Both the position numbers and the translations under genes were made by a program. A stretch of 64,000 nucleotides of DNA from Eledone cirrhosa (Eukaryota), in the NCBI GenBank assembly GCA_964016885.1, contig OZ024742.1, forward strand, positions 122,078,001 to 122,142,000. The letters are read 5' to 3'. Below the pieces are notes generated by a model, which saw only the letters and a program-made list of their open reading frames with translations, was not told the origin of the DNA and did not search any database. Position 1 is the stretch's first letter; every line of letters starts with the position of its first letter. Below, in pieces: positions 1-12,886 of this stretch.

Positions 1-1554
1 GCTAAAGTTCCACAAGATTGAGATGTGATCTTTTTCAAGTATGGGAGGTGGTTGATGCTCCCACCAATTCTTTTGATGAGGCAGGTCAAAATGCTTACAC
101 ATTATCCAATGTATGTATTGTGCAGCTCTGTCATGCCTGTTTAGGTATTCGGTTGGAGCTATAGGACTGCACATTGAAATTATATGGTCAATGGTCTCTG
201 GTTGCTTTTTGCATACACGGCATAATGGGCTGCACCCATTTTTTATTATGTTGGCTTGGTAATTTTTTGTTGGCAGACACTGATCCTGTGCCGATATAAT
301 CAGTCCTTCAGTCTCCGATTTCAGTCCAGAGGATGCCAACCACTGATGGGTTAAAGTTTTGTCAACATCAGGATTGTTAGCTCGCTCTGGGTATTTTCCA
401 TACAGAGGCTTTTCTTGCCATTTCTTAGCCAGTTTCTGTAGCAGTTCTTTCTTTGCAGTTACTTTTACCTGCTTTGCTTTTTCTGTGTTTTCCATTTCAG
501 TAGTAAATGGGACTTCCGAAATTTGTAGTCCATTACTGTATCTTTGTGCATCTTTTGTAATGGAATATGATCTTTTGATGCTTTCGTGTTTCAAAACGAG
601 TTTGATCATCCAATCATGTGATTCCCTTAGATATGTAGATAATCCAATTGTTGCAGTTTTCAACGCAATGTCTAACTGGATTAACCCACGTCCTCCTTCT
701 TTCCTAGGGAGATATATTCTATCTATATCTGCCTTAGGGTGATGCATTCTGTGCATGGTTAAGAATTTTCGAATTTTTGTATCGAGCCTACGGATCTCTG
801 TGCTTGACCAGTTGATGACATTGTAACTGTAGGTTACTACTGGTATGGCAAGCGTGTTTATGGCATCGATCCTATTCCTTGCATTCAATTCCGTTCTTAA
901 GATTGCTCTTACTCTGCGGTAACATTCCTTCCTTATCCTTTCCCTCATTGTCGAGTGCTTGATTCCGTCTCCTTCACAAACACCTAGATATTTGTGCGTT
1001 TTTTCTTGATCAAGTTCTCTTATCACGTTTCCCCGATCAAGATTAATGTCTGAACTCTTCAGCAGCTTTCCTCTGGTGAACGTTGCTTTGGCGCATTTAT
1101 CTAGTCCAAACTCCATTTTAATGTCATCACTGAACTGCACCACAGTTGATAATAGCCCTTGCAATTGTTCATCATTTTTTGCAAATAGTTTCAGGTCATC
1201 CATGTAGAACAAGTGATTAATGGTTTTGTCATAGACTTTATATCCATGTTTTGTTTCATTGAGCATTTTACTTAATGGTATAAGTGCGATGCAGAATAAA
1301 AGCGGTGATAAAGAGTCACCCTGAAAAATTCCACAATTAATATTAACTTCTCCAGCTTCCAGTGATTTTGTTTCACTATTCAAAAGGAGTGTCGTTTTCC
1401 ATGTCTTCATACTGAATGACAAAAACCTCCTGACAACGGGGGATATTTTGAAAATCTCTAAACATTTTTCAATCCAACTGTCGAATGCTTTTTTATAATC
1501 TATCGAAGCAATCGATAGATTTTTGTGTCTATTATGACAATCTTCCAGTATCAT
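1..1554 (-). pseudogene. Dong A ORF, C-terminal part (RT core, thumb, CCHC knuckle), open to the window edge
   Basis: Manual translation gives [60 protein letters not shown] and RHD. Absent from the ORF track because no stop is reached. Confidence 0.9.
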
Positions 1555-1558
1555 TTTG

Positions 1559-3322
1559 TTAATGACAATCTTCCAGTATCATTTTGTTAACCAGAAGCTG
1601 ATCCTTACAGCCAAATGAGCCTCGTTTACACCCTTTCTGCTCAATGGGAAATAGGTCATTTGTTATCAGGTGGTCATATGTGTATTCAGTTAGGACTGAT
1701 GTTAAAATGTTATACATTGTGGTCAAGCAAGTTATCTGTCTGTCATTTTTGGGATTGCTTGTCTCATCATTCTTCGGAAGCAGGAATGTAATGCCGTTAA
1801 CTAGCCATGAAGGTATCTTTTCTGGCTTCTTAACTATTTCATTGTAAAGTTGGGCTAACAGCTCATGAGACTCTGTGAAGGCATTTATCCAAAAGTTTTG
1901 TATTTTGTCTTTTCCTGGGGATTTCCATTTGCTGGTTTTTCTTAGAGCCCAGCGCAACTGTTCAACTGTTATATTTTCCCATGTTTGTTCCTCAAGGTGA
2001 GCTGTATCTTTCATTTGTCTGTCTATCCATGGGGCATGTATGTTATGAACTTTTTCTTCGGCCCAGATCTTTTCCAAGAATTCTTGCACTTCCTCCTTGG
2101 GTGGTTTTGATTTAGCAGTTATTGTTGACTTACCAATTTTTCTGTAGAAGTTTCTTTGGTTGTTTTTGAACATATTATTGTCCTTATAGAATCTAGATCG
2201 TTTTTCAAAGCGCCTTATACGAGCAGCTTTGGCCGACACGTTTTGCTTGATTATTTCTATCAGCATGTCTATGTCACATGTTGATTTTATACTGTACTTT
2301 TTTTTCAATTTTCTAAGTTTAGTTTGTTTAACATGTTCACCTACTTTATAGTTTGTTAAAATTTCTATGTCAGATCGGAGAAGGTTTATTTGGCGATTGA
2401 TGTTCTCTTGCCAAGTAGATTTCTTGTGGGAATTCCTTTGTTTTTTCATCTTCACTCCACATAAGTGAGTGGTGACTTTACTCGCTGCATAATAGAGATG
2501 ATTTAAATCAGTAATGTTTAGTTTGTTTGTGATGATAATGTTTTTGAGAATTATGTTAGTCTTGTGTATTATCTTTTGGTTCTGTTTGGAGTTCTGGATC
2601 TTAGGGAGGGTTTCTCGTTGCCCCATGTCAGATTCTTTCATTTTCATCCATTCGATCATAATTTCATTCTTCAAGTTGGCAAGTTCATTCTCATTCATTT
2701 CTTTATCATTTACGATCTCATTATTTTCATTTGGAGTTTCATCCTGAGCATGCACTCCCTCGACTTTTTCGGTCCTTTCTTTAATTTGTTCTGTTGCCAG
2801 TGATTCCGCCCCAACCCTGGGATTCGAAGTGTTACAGTTTACCTCGTTTTCACTGACACATGTTTCATTTTCCCTTCGCTGACTTTGTGCTAATAGCTTG
2901 ATCTGATCAATTTCTATATCAGTTAGTAACTTTTTTCTTACAATATTTCTTCGTATATTGGCTAGTTTGTTACTGTCAATATAGCCTCTGTTTTCGGGAT
3001 GTTTCTTTTTCCAGTTGATATATGTCTGTTCTGTATTCGATGTATTTGATGGGTAGTACATGGCAGTGTAGAAAGCCTCAAGGACTTCTTTATTATGTTC
3101 CCTTGACCATTTTACTCTCTTTTTCTTTGGATTTCTTGGTGGTGAGCATGGAGGGCCAACAGTAGGAGTATTCCGGTTATGGGAGGTCATCAGCTCCGAA
3201 GTGATGGGAAGGTTTGAACCATTAGCTGATTTTTCGACCCCAGTCTGGTTCCTCTCTGAGGGACGCGGCTCTTTTTTACCCGGGTGACGGCCGATCCGGT
3301 ATGAGGTTTTATCATTAGACAT
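1559..3322 (-). pseudogene. Dong A ORF, N-terminal part (KWSREHN N-domain and RT motifs 0-2)
   Basis: KWKSPGKDKIQNFW, LLPK..NDRQITCL and EQKGCKRGSFGCKDQLL motifs. The frame is terminated by a 28-bp tandem duplication (1534-1561/1562-1589). Confidence 0.9.
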
Positions 3323-3562
3323 TTACTTTATTTTGTCGCGTTTTATCCTTATCCGCCAAGGGGTAATCATTTCGTGTTACCACTTCTAGAACGAGTGTCA
3401 ACCAAGACTAGAGGGGTCGTTCTCCCCTAGAGACACGGCTATTCCCCGCCGGCCGCCATCCCGGTATTTCTTGGTCACGGGGTTTTCTTTTTGTTGTTTT
3501 TTTAAATTGTTATTATCATGAGTGGTTCCTTAATGTGAGCATTGCGTGGCTTAAGAATGAAA

Positions 3563-3618
3563 TTATTAGTAATTGTCTCCACTCCAGGCACAAGGCCAGC
3601 AATCACCCAGTGCATTAC
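3563..3618 (-). mobile_element. 3' fragment of the tRNA-derived SINE, inside the Dong A 5' UTR
   Basis: Reverse complement gtaatgcactgggtgattgctggccttgtgcctggagtggagacaatta matches the SINE tail at 22224-22273. Confidence 0.7.
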
Positions 3619-4022
3619 AATAATATAATATACTTTTTGTTGTAGTTGGCTGTTATTGTTGTTGGCTATGTCGGTGGTGGTGCCGGGGCTTTTTATATTG
3701 TTGGTGAGGAAGGGGTGAGCCAGCAGTCCCATAGTTGTTGATGTTGACGTTTGGCCGGCGGCCAGGTCACTAAGTCAATCTATTTATATCTTTTGCTAGC
3801 CTCTCCCTTGTCTAGTGATTCCGCCACCTTCCCCTTTCTCTCTCAAGTTAACAGGGGAATAGTGGTGGTAGCATTGAAGGAGTGGTGGCGGCGACGATGG
3901 GATAGTGGTAGCAATGATGGATGGGGTGGGGTGGTAGTATCTATGAGTTAGTGTTCGTATGTTTAATATATATTTTTATTATATTTTGTGTTGACATATT
4001 CCCGTAAAATTGGAATTAAACA

Positions 4023-4027
<5 letters not shown>

Positions 4028-4101
<74 letters not shown>
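4028..4101. repeat. (TAA/TTA)n microsatellite
   Basis: Pure ATT repeat separating Dong A (-) from the Tx1/L1 element (+). Confidence 0.98.
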
Positions 4102-4310
4102 GGCGACCTACGTAGTAAATCGTATCATCGCGAGCTCCGCAAAGGTTTGTTATTTTCAGTTGTTACAAATTGCCATTCATGGAAAATGTTATTGTTAACT
4201 GTATATAAGTGCACATACATTGTTATCTGAAAAGGACACCAAAAAAGATTGGGGCCTTGAGCCCCAAATTTAAACTTTTATAATTATCAAAATTTTTTCT
4301 TTAAAAAGTT

Positions 4311-6299
4311 ATGGCTGACTCAGAGTCACTCCTTTCTCACAAACTAACACCTCACACCGACACAACCATTGTAAATGTTACTACGTTTGCCAACACTAAA
4401 AAAAATATAAACAGTAGCAATATTTTAAATTTGACTCAGGCAGACATTCATTTACCGTCATTACCAATGACTGCAGGTGTTAAAGCCGCCGCCACCACCA
4501 CCACCACCACCTCGACAACCCCCCCCCCATGTCCCCCCCAACCACCGCGACAACAGAAACAAAAGAAAAAATTAATTAACTCGTGATATCGAAATGAATT
4601 CAACCAAAATGAACTCTTCCACACCGAACACCACTGACGCCACCACCACCACAACTGAAACTAAAATTAATAATAACAAAAATAACGATAACAACAACAG
4701 CAACAATGACATTAAGAAAACCACCCTGAGTTTTGCAAGAGTAGCAAAACAGTCCGAAGCATTTCAGGTAACTCAGGAGGAATTAGAAGAAGCCAAAAAA
4801 ATGGTAAAGAAAGATGGGTACAGGGTCAGCCTCACCCCCTACCTAATAAAATGGAGCATCGGCACCTATGCACAGTGTCTTATCGAACAATTAATATAAA
4901 ATCGCGCCGAGTGGAACGGGCATCCGAGTCCCAAATCCAAAAATTTTGGGACATGTGTGGGCAAAAAACCCCCACATCAGACGTGGGTAGAAGTATGGAA
5001 CCGTGGACGTGTTCTTTGAAACATCACAGGAGGCTAGAGAACACTCCATGGCCCCATTAAGAAGTGACGGCTTCACACTTGTCCCAAGCTTTTGTGGCCA
5101 GAGACTCGTAAAGATCCGGGTCACCCACGTTCCACCGGCCATCGAAATTCCCTGGCTAATAGCTGCCGTCCTCGCCGGCATCGAAGCCAACACCAAGATA
5201 ATATAAATAGCGAAAGAAAAGCAGGAGAACTGGTCCGGATCTGGGATGGAGCTCCTGATCCAAGCGGACCAAAAAAGCATTGAGGAGATCCCAGAGGTGA
5301 TAGACCTCACTGACGGCAGCCACCTCCGTAATTGTCGAGGGCAGAAGGCCTAGGTGTGTCGTTTGTGGTGAAGGAACCCACCTAAGGGCTTTCTACCCTC
5401 AGGCTAAAAGGATAAGGCCACCTCTCCTACCCACCCCAGTGACTCAACCATCAACACCACCAGCAGCAGAGATGGCAGCAACAACTGTAGCCGCAACAAC
5501 AGAAGCAACTGTAACAGCAACAACCTCAGCAAGAGTAGCAAAACCAACACCACCACCACCCAACGCGCCAGAACTAGCACCAGCGCCTACACCATCCACC
5601 ACGCCACAACTAAAACTAACGCCTGTGGAGGATTTTCCACTCCCCGGCCTATCACAACTGGAGACAATTGCGACGACGAGGAGTGGGAAACGGTATAAGG
5701 AAAAAAGAAAAAAAGAAACCAAAAAAGAAAAAATTCTCTTCCTTCCCCCTCCAAAATCAAAATACAGAGGGAAACAAATAAACTATCAAACAAAAAAGTT
5801 AGGACAGATATGCCACCAACCACACCAGCATCAACAACCCCATCACCCCAAACACCAACACCATCACGATCATTAACCCCAACACCACCATCACGATCAT
5901 TAACCCCAACACCACCATCACCTACACCACAAAAGTCACCAAAATGCGAAACAGAAATAAAACCCACAACAAACGCAAACAAAACAAAACAACCAAAACG
6001 ATACACACTACACGGCATTAAATTTGAACAACAAGCAATTATTACACTACATCCAACACAACACCAGCATCACAGAAAAAGACTACACAACAACCCAAAA
6101 ATTCACACCACCTCCACACATACAAATCACTCGCAACACACAGAAAACGTACATGACACTAAAACAAAAATTCCCCAAAGACATCGGAGACTTCCGACAA
6201 GCACTCTCCAGGAGGATTTATAAGGACATCCTTCCCGAGGAGGCCACAAGCAGTGAAAAGGATGGAAAAACCGTCCTTCCTCTACGAGAAGTAAGGTAA
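4311..6299 (+). pseudogene. LINE ORF1 (gag-like), broken into several frames
   Basis: RRM-like segment WDVFFETSQEA..KIRVTHVPPAIEIPWL, a degenerate knuckle EGRRPRCVVCGEGTHLRAFYP (~5335-5400), and a Pro/Thr-rich tail with a 27-bp tandem repeat (~5855-5920). Confidence 0.65.
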
Positions 6300-6333
6300 G
6301 TGGTCTTCCCCAACTTTTCCACTCATTTTCAAC

Positions 6334-9300
6334 ATGATCTCACTCAGAATAGGCAGCATAAATGCGCCTGGCTTGGCGTCGTCATGGAAGCAGAGCCACC
6401 TCCTCAACGACCTCAGGTCACTAAACATAGATGTAGTGGCCATCAGCTATACCAGAATCTCCGAAGCACGGGCCTTCGCACCGATCTTCGGCGGCTACGA
6501 TGTGTACGCATCTCCCAGCCGTCCTGGATCGGGTGGAGGAGTTGCTGTGCTTTTTCGGAGAGGTTTGGATCTCGCCATACGGGCCATCTTCCTAGCCACA
6601 GAAGGTAAGTTGGTGGTGCTGGACGTGACCAGCGGAGACGGGCAAGCTTTCAGGTTAGTGGCCGTCTATGCCCCGATAGGAGCAGGGCGGCCTGATTTCT
6701 TCCGGCGTCTGGAGACCTTTGTTGGAACGTCCCGCTCTTTAGTGTTAGTGGGCGACTGGAAGGGGATCTTAGATGCACGCTGGGATTGTATGGGATTAGT
6801 GGATAGGGAAGGAGGGTGCAAGAGTCTCACCAACCTGCTCAGGCGTTTTGAACTGTCTGACAGGTACCGATTGGATTTCCTGAATTTACCAATGTGGACT
6901 TAGACAAATCGCATAGGGTCATTCAGATCATATCTAGATAGAGTATTTTGTAGGGAAATAGATAGGTCTAGCATAGGCTGTCCACAATTCAATATAGTCA
7001 GCTACACGGACCACAAATTCGTGATCTGTGTGCTTGACTTAGATAGGCTTCATAGACGAGGACCCGGCTACTGGAAGCTAAACGCGTCCTTACCAGCGCG
7101 CAAGGCCTACAGAGACCGGATTAGCGAACTAGTTAAGCGGGCGTTGACGGGGGCCATCGTCCACAACAAGTGGTGGTTTGCTCTGAAAAGAGCAATTAGA
7201 ATAGAGTCCATTAGGTTTAGTAAGGGTTTAGCAATAGAGAAAAATAGAGCAGATGGAGAATTAGTTAGAAAATTAGACGAGGCGCTTAGCAAAGGCATCG
7301 CTACCGACGTACTTGCGGCGAAATTGGCCCTTGACCAATTCTTCAATGCAAAGCACGAAGGCTACGTTATCAGAGCTAGGGTGCGTGCTCTCAGACACGA
7401 GGGGACGAAAGCCGTTCAATGGGCCCGAGTGGCGGAGGCGCGTCGTGGCAACAAAGCCACGATCCGGTCTTTAGTGGACCACGACGGGCGCATGCTACTC
7501 GATCCCGGGCAAATGTGTGACGCTTTTCAGCGACACATCGCACAGATGTTCGGGAGCAGCGGCGGGCCGGATAGAGGGATGGACTTTAGTGTCTACCTCG
7601 ACGGACTGCCGCGGCTCTCGGCCACTGAGGCGGAGTGTTGCAAAAAGCCGATAACGGCCGCTGAAGTACGGGAGGCAATGACTGGCTGCACAAGGGGTAA
7701 ATCGCTTGGTTTGGATGGTCTGCCCTATGAACTTTACGTGCAGATGCCAGAGTTGTTCGGAGGCCTCTTGGCGGACGTCTACTGCAACTGGCAACAGAAC
7801 GGGAGAATTCACAGCTCTATGAGCCGAGGAGCGGTGGCGCTGCTGAGAAAGGATCCGAACAAGGGGGACAACATAGATAATTTTAGGCCCACAACTCTGC
7901 TAAACACAGAGTTCAAGATTTTGGTCAAGGTGCTAGCAGAGTGGTTGGCGCTTGTCGTTGGTGGTCTGGTGGGAGAGGCGCAGACATGCGCCATTCCCGA
8001 AAGATCCATCCACTACAACCTCCACCTCATGCGATACATCGTAGAGAGGGTAGCTAGGGAACCTGGCACGGGTGGGTCCTTGATCAATTTAGATCAGTTG
8101 AAATCTTTCGATAGGGTCGACCATCGTTACCTAGCGGCAGTTCTGAGGGCGGCAGGCTTTGGGTCCGTCTTCAGAGGCTGGATCGCTGCCATGCACAAGC
8201 GACATCTGCTCTGTGGTGAGAGTGAACGGCCACCTTTCGGAACCGTTCAACATCATGCGCTCGGTCCGCCAAGGATGTCCCCTCTTGTCCCTCTTGTACG
8301 TATTGACTCTCGAGCCATTACTGCCCAAACTGGATACGTTGAGGGGTGTCCTGCGCGAACTAGGATGCGGAAGATTCGTGTCAGCATATGAGGACAATGT
8401 CACCCTAGTGGTGTCGAACGCCAAACACATCGAGGCGATCTGCACTACACTAAGAGAATACGAAGCGGTGACAGGAGCAATGATCAACCAGGAAAAGTCA
8501 GTGGGCCTGCAGCTCGGCACCTGGAGAGGCAGGTCCATGCCGTCCAACAGCGTCGTCGGGCGCTGGACGGACGGACCGGTTAAATTGCTAGGGGCCTGTT
8601 TCGGTCGGGAACTCCAGACGGAAAAAAACTGGGACGAGGTGACGAGCAGGGTGGCTTCTCTCACCCAGAAATGGGCGGAGAGGAGAAAGGTCGAGCGGAG
8701 GTGGCTAACGCGTACATCGCGTCCGTCATCTACTACCGCCTGACCGTCGTACCTTCTCCTAAGCCCCGCCTGACTGCGCTGGAGCGTTTGCTCTCTCGCT
8801 TTTTGTGGAAGGGACGCGCTCCGATGGTCAGGCGGTCCATCTGCTGTCAATACCCGCTACGTGGAGGGCTGGGCGTGCCGTGGCTGATGATGCGCAGACA
8901 CGCGCTCAGGCTGCGACATCTCCACCTCTTCCTCGACGGTGATCAGGTGTGGTCGCCGTTTGCTAGAGACGTCAGGCACTCACAGCCCTCGACCAATCGG
9001 GCAATGTGATCGGTGGAAACTCCACCTTGGCGTTCTATAGAGAATTAGTGGAGGGGAAGAGCGACGACGTACTTGGAGAAACTCTAGGCGTCGACGAAAA
9101 TCAACTAGCCAATCTCTTGGGAAGGACTTTCGGGCCGGGGCCTATGGACAACTTATAGAAATCCCTGGCCTGGCAGTGCTACCGAGGAGCTTTGCCAGTT
9201 CGGGATAAACTCTACAGGCATCGAGGTGCCGTCAGCCGGGCATGTCCGAGATGCGCGCAGGGTGAAGAAACCGTCCTGCACGCACTCGTCCAGTGTCCGA

Positions 9301-9347
9301 GCATTGCTGACTGGTGGGTTTATGTCGAATACCTGCTGCCACGTGTG
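6334..9347 (+). pseudogene. LINE ORF2 (APE endonuclease, RT, zf-RVT) with stops and frameshifts
   Basis: IGSINAPGL, VAVYAP, VGDW, YLDR, TDH, GYWKLN, GLDGLPYELY, NFRPTTLLN, SFDRVDH, VRQGCPL, AYEDN (degenerate YADD), GGLGVP, CPRC-x8-H-x4-C. Confidence 0.9.
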
Positions 9348-10661
9348 GTTATAGACTATAAAAAATTCAATATAGAAAGAACTAGAAAACTATTGCACAA
9401 GACATTCAAAAACTATAACCTTAGTATTACCATGGACAAAAACACTAAAAACGTTAACTTCCTGGACGCCACCCTCTACCTAAACTCAAAGATATATACA
9501 CCTATCCATAAACCTAACGAAAAACTCATTTACGTAGATACCAAGTCTAACCACCCTAGATCAGTATTAAACTCTATCTCTAAGGGAGTATCCAATATAA
9601 TCTCTAATCTATCCTATGACGTAAACATATTTAACAAAAACTCGCAATATTATAATCAGGCATTAGCTAGATCAGGCCATAATATAGAGATCGAGTTCCT
9701 ACCTACAAAAACACATAGCTACAACATTATTTCGCACAATATGTCCATGAGGAAATTTAGTAATAAGAATAGCAACCACACACACACTAATACGGAGGAT
9801 GCCAACAAACGTAACCCACACCACAGAAATTACCATAGTACCATAAAAGGAAACAACTCACCATACATAAAAAACGCAAATAGAAGAAGAAATAATACAT
9901 TTTTCAACCCTCCTTTCTATCTAAACGTCTCTACCAACCTACCTAGGGCTTTCTTCTCACTACTAGATAAAAACTTCCCATATGGCCACAAGTACCATTG
10001 CCTTTTAAACAAAAACACAATTAAAATCTCCTACTCTACCACGCCTAACATAGCATACCACATAGCTAGTAGCAATAAAAGAAAAATTAATTCTTACTTC
10101 CAACAAACTAAATCACAACAGACGATAAACCATCAAAATAACATTATATCAACTAACCCTAATAACAATAGTAATAATAGTAATATCACTTGTGTAAGCA
10201 ATAATGCTGGGAACGACTATCCCCATAACCATAATCCTATAGCTACCATCCAGACTTCTACACAACATAATAACCGGCAGACTAACACGCAGAATAATTG
10301 TAACTGTAGATCAAATAGAACATACCCTTTAGATAAAAAATGCTTAATCAAGGATATCATATACTCATGCACCGTCACAACTAGTAACTCTTCTGAAACC
10401 TATATAGGCTCTACTTCAAACTGCTTCAAAACCAAATACAATTCACTCCTGAACTCTTTCAAAAAACACAGTCTAGCCAACTCCACTTCACTATCTAGCT
10501 ACATACACTATCTAAAAACTAAAAATAAATCTTATACACTTAAATGGGAAGTGATAGGTAACCCGACATCGTACAAACCACCTAATAAATTTTGTAACCT
10601 CTGTCTACTAGAGACTCATACTATTATCTTCTCAAACCATAACCTCCTTAATAAAAAATGA
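9192..10661 (+). pseudogene. Chimeric 489-aa ORF: L1 zinc finger fused in-frame to PLE RT thumb and GIY-YIG endonuclease
   Basis: The first ~52 aa are L1 zf-RVT and the rest is PLE. Abrupt GC-to-AT compositional switch at ~9347. Confidence 0.75.
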
Positions 10662-12360
10662 GAAGTGTTCGCGTCTTGCCAGCACCGCTTCCGACACTCC
10701 TTCCAAAACTTTAAACCCAATATGTAACAATGTCAGACTTGAACCCGTCACCACCTCTAGCAACAAACCTAAAGGGCACACCTTACACCACATCTCCACA
10801 CTCATTGATCCACTTTAACACAAATAGTGACATCCTTCTAGAACCTTTTACCCTAGAGATATCCCCATGTACATCTACTTCAATTACTTAGATTACATTA
10901 CACCACTATATAATTAATGTAAACTTTAAACACTGAATTGGTTGTGCTAATGTTGTTCTGTGTATGGAGTGCCATCATTGGATAAATGGAAGATTAATTA
11001 ATTTATTAACATAAACGAGCTATATAACCTATATGCTGAGTGCAATGAATTATGTACAAGGGATGTATGAGTTATACATATATGTATGACTTGATGGTCA
11101 GATTAGTAACATTGTAAGTGAGAATTGATCTCTGGTCTACCCTAGTGATATTTAACTTTGCCATGCAATCAGACAGGCACTGACCCAGAGCTTACCAGGA
11201 GTTACATATAGAAGTGATTCTAATAAAACCCTGCCAGGTTCTGCGGGTAGACTACACTTACAAAGATCATTGATTTGGGGATCTGACTCTTCATGTAGAA
11301 TATCCAGTTGTGGCACTCTATGATAGAGGGTAATCACCCTAATATGAACGCCCTTAGTACTTCTTGATAGACTACACTGTAATTATAGATAGGATACTTA
11401 AATTTAAAAACTGTTTATAACCTTATATGATAGGGACTCATTTGAGACACCATTTAATGTACATTAAGATAATAAATTTAGTTATAGAAATCAGCTAGTT
11501 ACCTCCCCTCACGCATTAACTCCCCTTAATCACACACACACTTCCGGAAAATAATACGATGTTAATTCTCGCAACAAAAACAACATGCTCTATACAATTG
11601 GATTAAAGAATAACAAGCTGTAATATTCTAACATAATTCATCAAGCATCCAATATTGAATCATCGTAGATTATGTGAAGGACATATAATCTATATATTAC
11701 GTTTCCTGGATTGTGAAAATGGTGGTGTATACGAAAACCATAACATTGTTTTGCTTCTCATTTTTAATATTTTTAATATTTCTCTGCACACAAGCTTCTA
11801 TATCATACATATACAAAAAATACTTTACCAATACAACCCCCATAATACTCTTGATTGCCCGCTTAAAGTGCTTGTATTACATATAACACCCTGCCGCACT
11901 ATAATCTTATATAAATAAGACACACGTGCATGCCCCACGTGTAACTATTGCATACACTAACCACTTCTAACTATCCTCTTGCATTTTCTTCGTAAACTGC
12001 CAATGTTGTATTTTAACTTCAATTTTGTTTTCTTTTAATATGACTTTAATCTTTGAATGTAAATTGCCATGCTAAAATATTATAATGGATGTCAACCCAC
12101 TGTGCATCAATATATACATATGTTTCTGTATGTCTCTTGTGTTGGAAAGGAGGTCAAGTATGTAAACAATCATTGAACAATTGCTCCGAGGACACCTAAC
12201 CCCGGTTTGGAGAAACAATTGTCAGCGAATAAATGGTTTAAACAGAACTTTGATTCATGTAATTTCTATATAACTGCTCTGTAGAACAACTAATGTTATT
12301 ACATTGAGCTATTTATCTTACTGGTAATAAGGTAGTAATACATTATTGTCTTTCACTATT
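9348..12360 (+). mobile_element. 5'-truncated Penelope-like element (Hydra-type) with long 3' UTR and hammerhead-bearing terminal repeat
   Basis: VNFLDATL, KSNHP, FFNPPF, IKISYSTTPN, CNCR, IIY..TYIGST (GIY-YIG), KFCNLC and SCQH. Premature TGA at 10659, original stop ~10727. Hammerhead at 12181. Confidence 0.85.
12181..12228 (+). ncRNA. Minimal type-I hammerhead ribozyme variant in PLE terminal repeat
   Basis: TTGCT-CCGAGGA-CA-CCTAACC cc GGTTTGG-A-GAAA-CAATTG-TC-AGCGA. P1 TTGCT/AGCGA, palindromic P3, GUC triplet. A related copy lies at 34112-34158. Confidence 0.65.
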
Positions 12361-12427
12361 TAGGGTTTAAAATATATATAACTATAAAAGGTTTTAGTAT
12401 ATACATAACCATAAATAGTATCCTTAA

Positions 12428-12756
<329 letters not shown>

Positions 12757-12886
12757 AAACGAAGGAAGTGTGGCAAGGAACCGGGCGGACCATAATAAAC
12801 CAGTGTGCTCGATACTTTGGGTAGTAGAGTGGGAAATAGAAAAAGAGTCCAAACCCCGACGGCAGAGCTCATGTTGTTTCGACAGG
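12757..12886 (-). mobile_element. PLE-like terminal-repeat fragment with 3' half-hammerhead (family of 33905, 54053, 60013)
   Basis: Shares aacgaagga..gtggcaaggaacc..ctcgatactt..gtagtagagtgg..ccccgacggcagagctca..gtttcgac with 54053-54157 and 60013-60137. Confidence 0.7.

Larger units (their letters stand above)
1..4028 (-). mobile_element. R4/Dong-clade RLE non-LTR retrotransposon, family A; 3' end runs off the window
   Basis: Single RT-CCHC ORF (3322 down to 1) with a 5' UTR abutting the (TAA)n tract at 4028-4101. Positions 1-680 are near-identical to 42888-43570 in reverse orientation. Confidence 0.9.
4102..9347 (+). mobile_element. Tx1/L1-clade LINE, apparently 5'-complete, 3' end missing, degenerate
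   Basis: 5' UTR, frameshifted ORF1, and ORF2 with APE, RT and a C-terminal zinc finger. ORF2 is GC-rich relative to the flanks. Confidence 0.88.

Noticed and set aside
359-742. 127-aa ORF and its twin at 42828-43211 as a conserved antisense gene
   Set aside because: They are antisense shadows of near-identical Dong A copies. The similarity reflects recent common origin.
10659-10661. In-frame TGA near the end of the PLE ORF as selenocysteine
   Set aside because: It aligns with Ala/Thr in the other two Hydra-type copies (NRRADFF, NLKTELF), not with Cys. No SECIS was seen, so a nonsense mutation is more likely.
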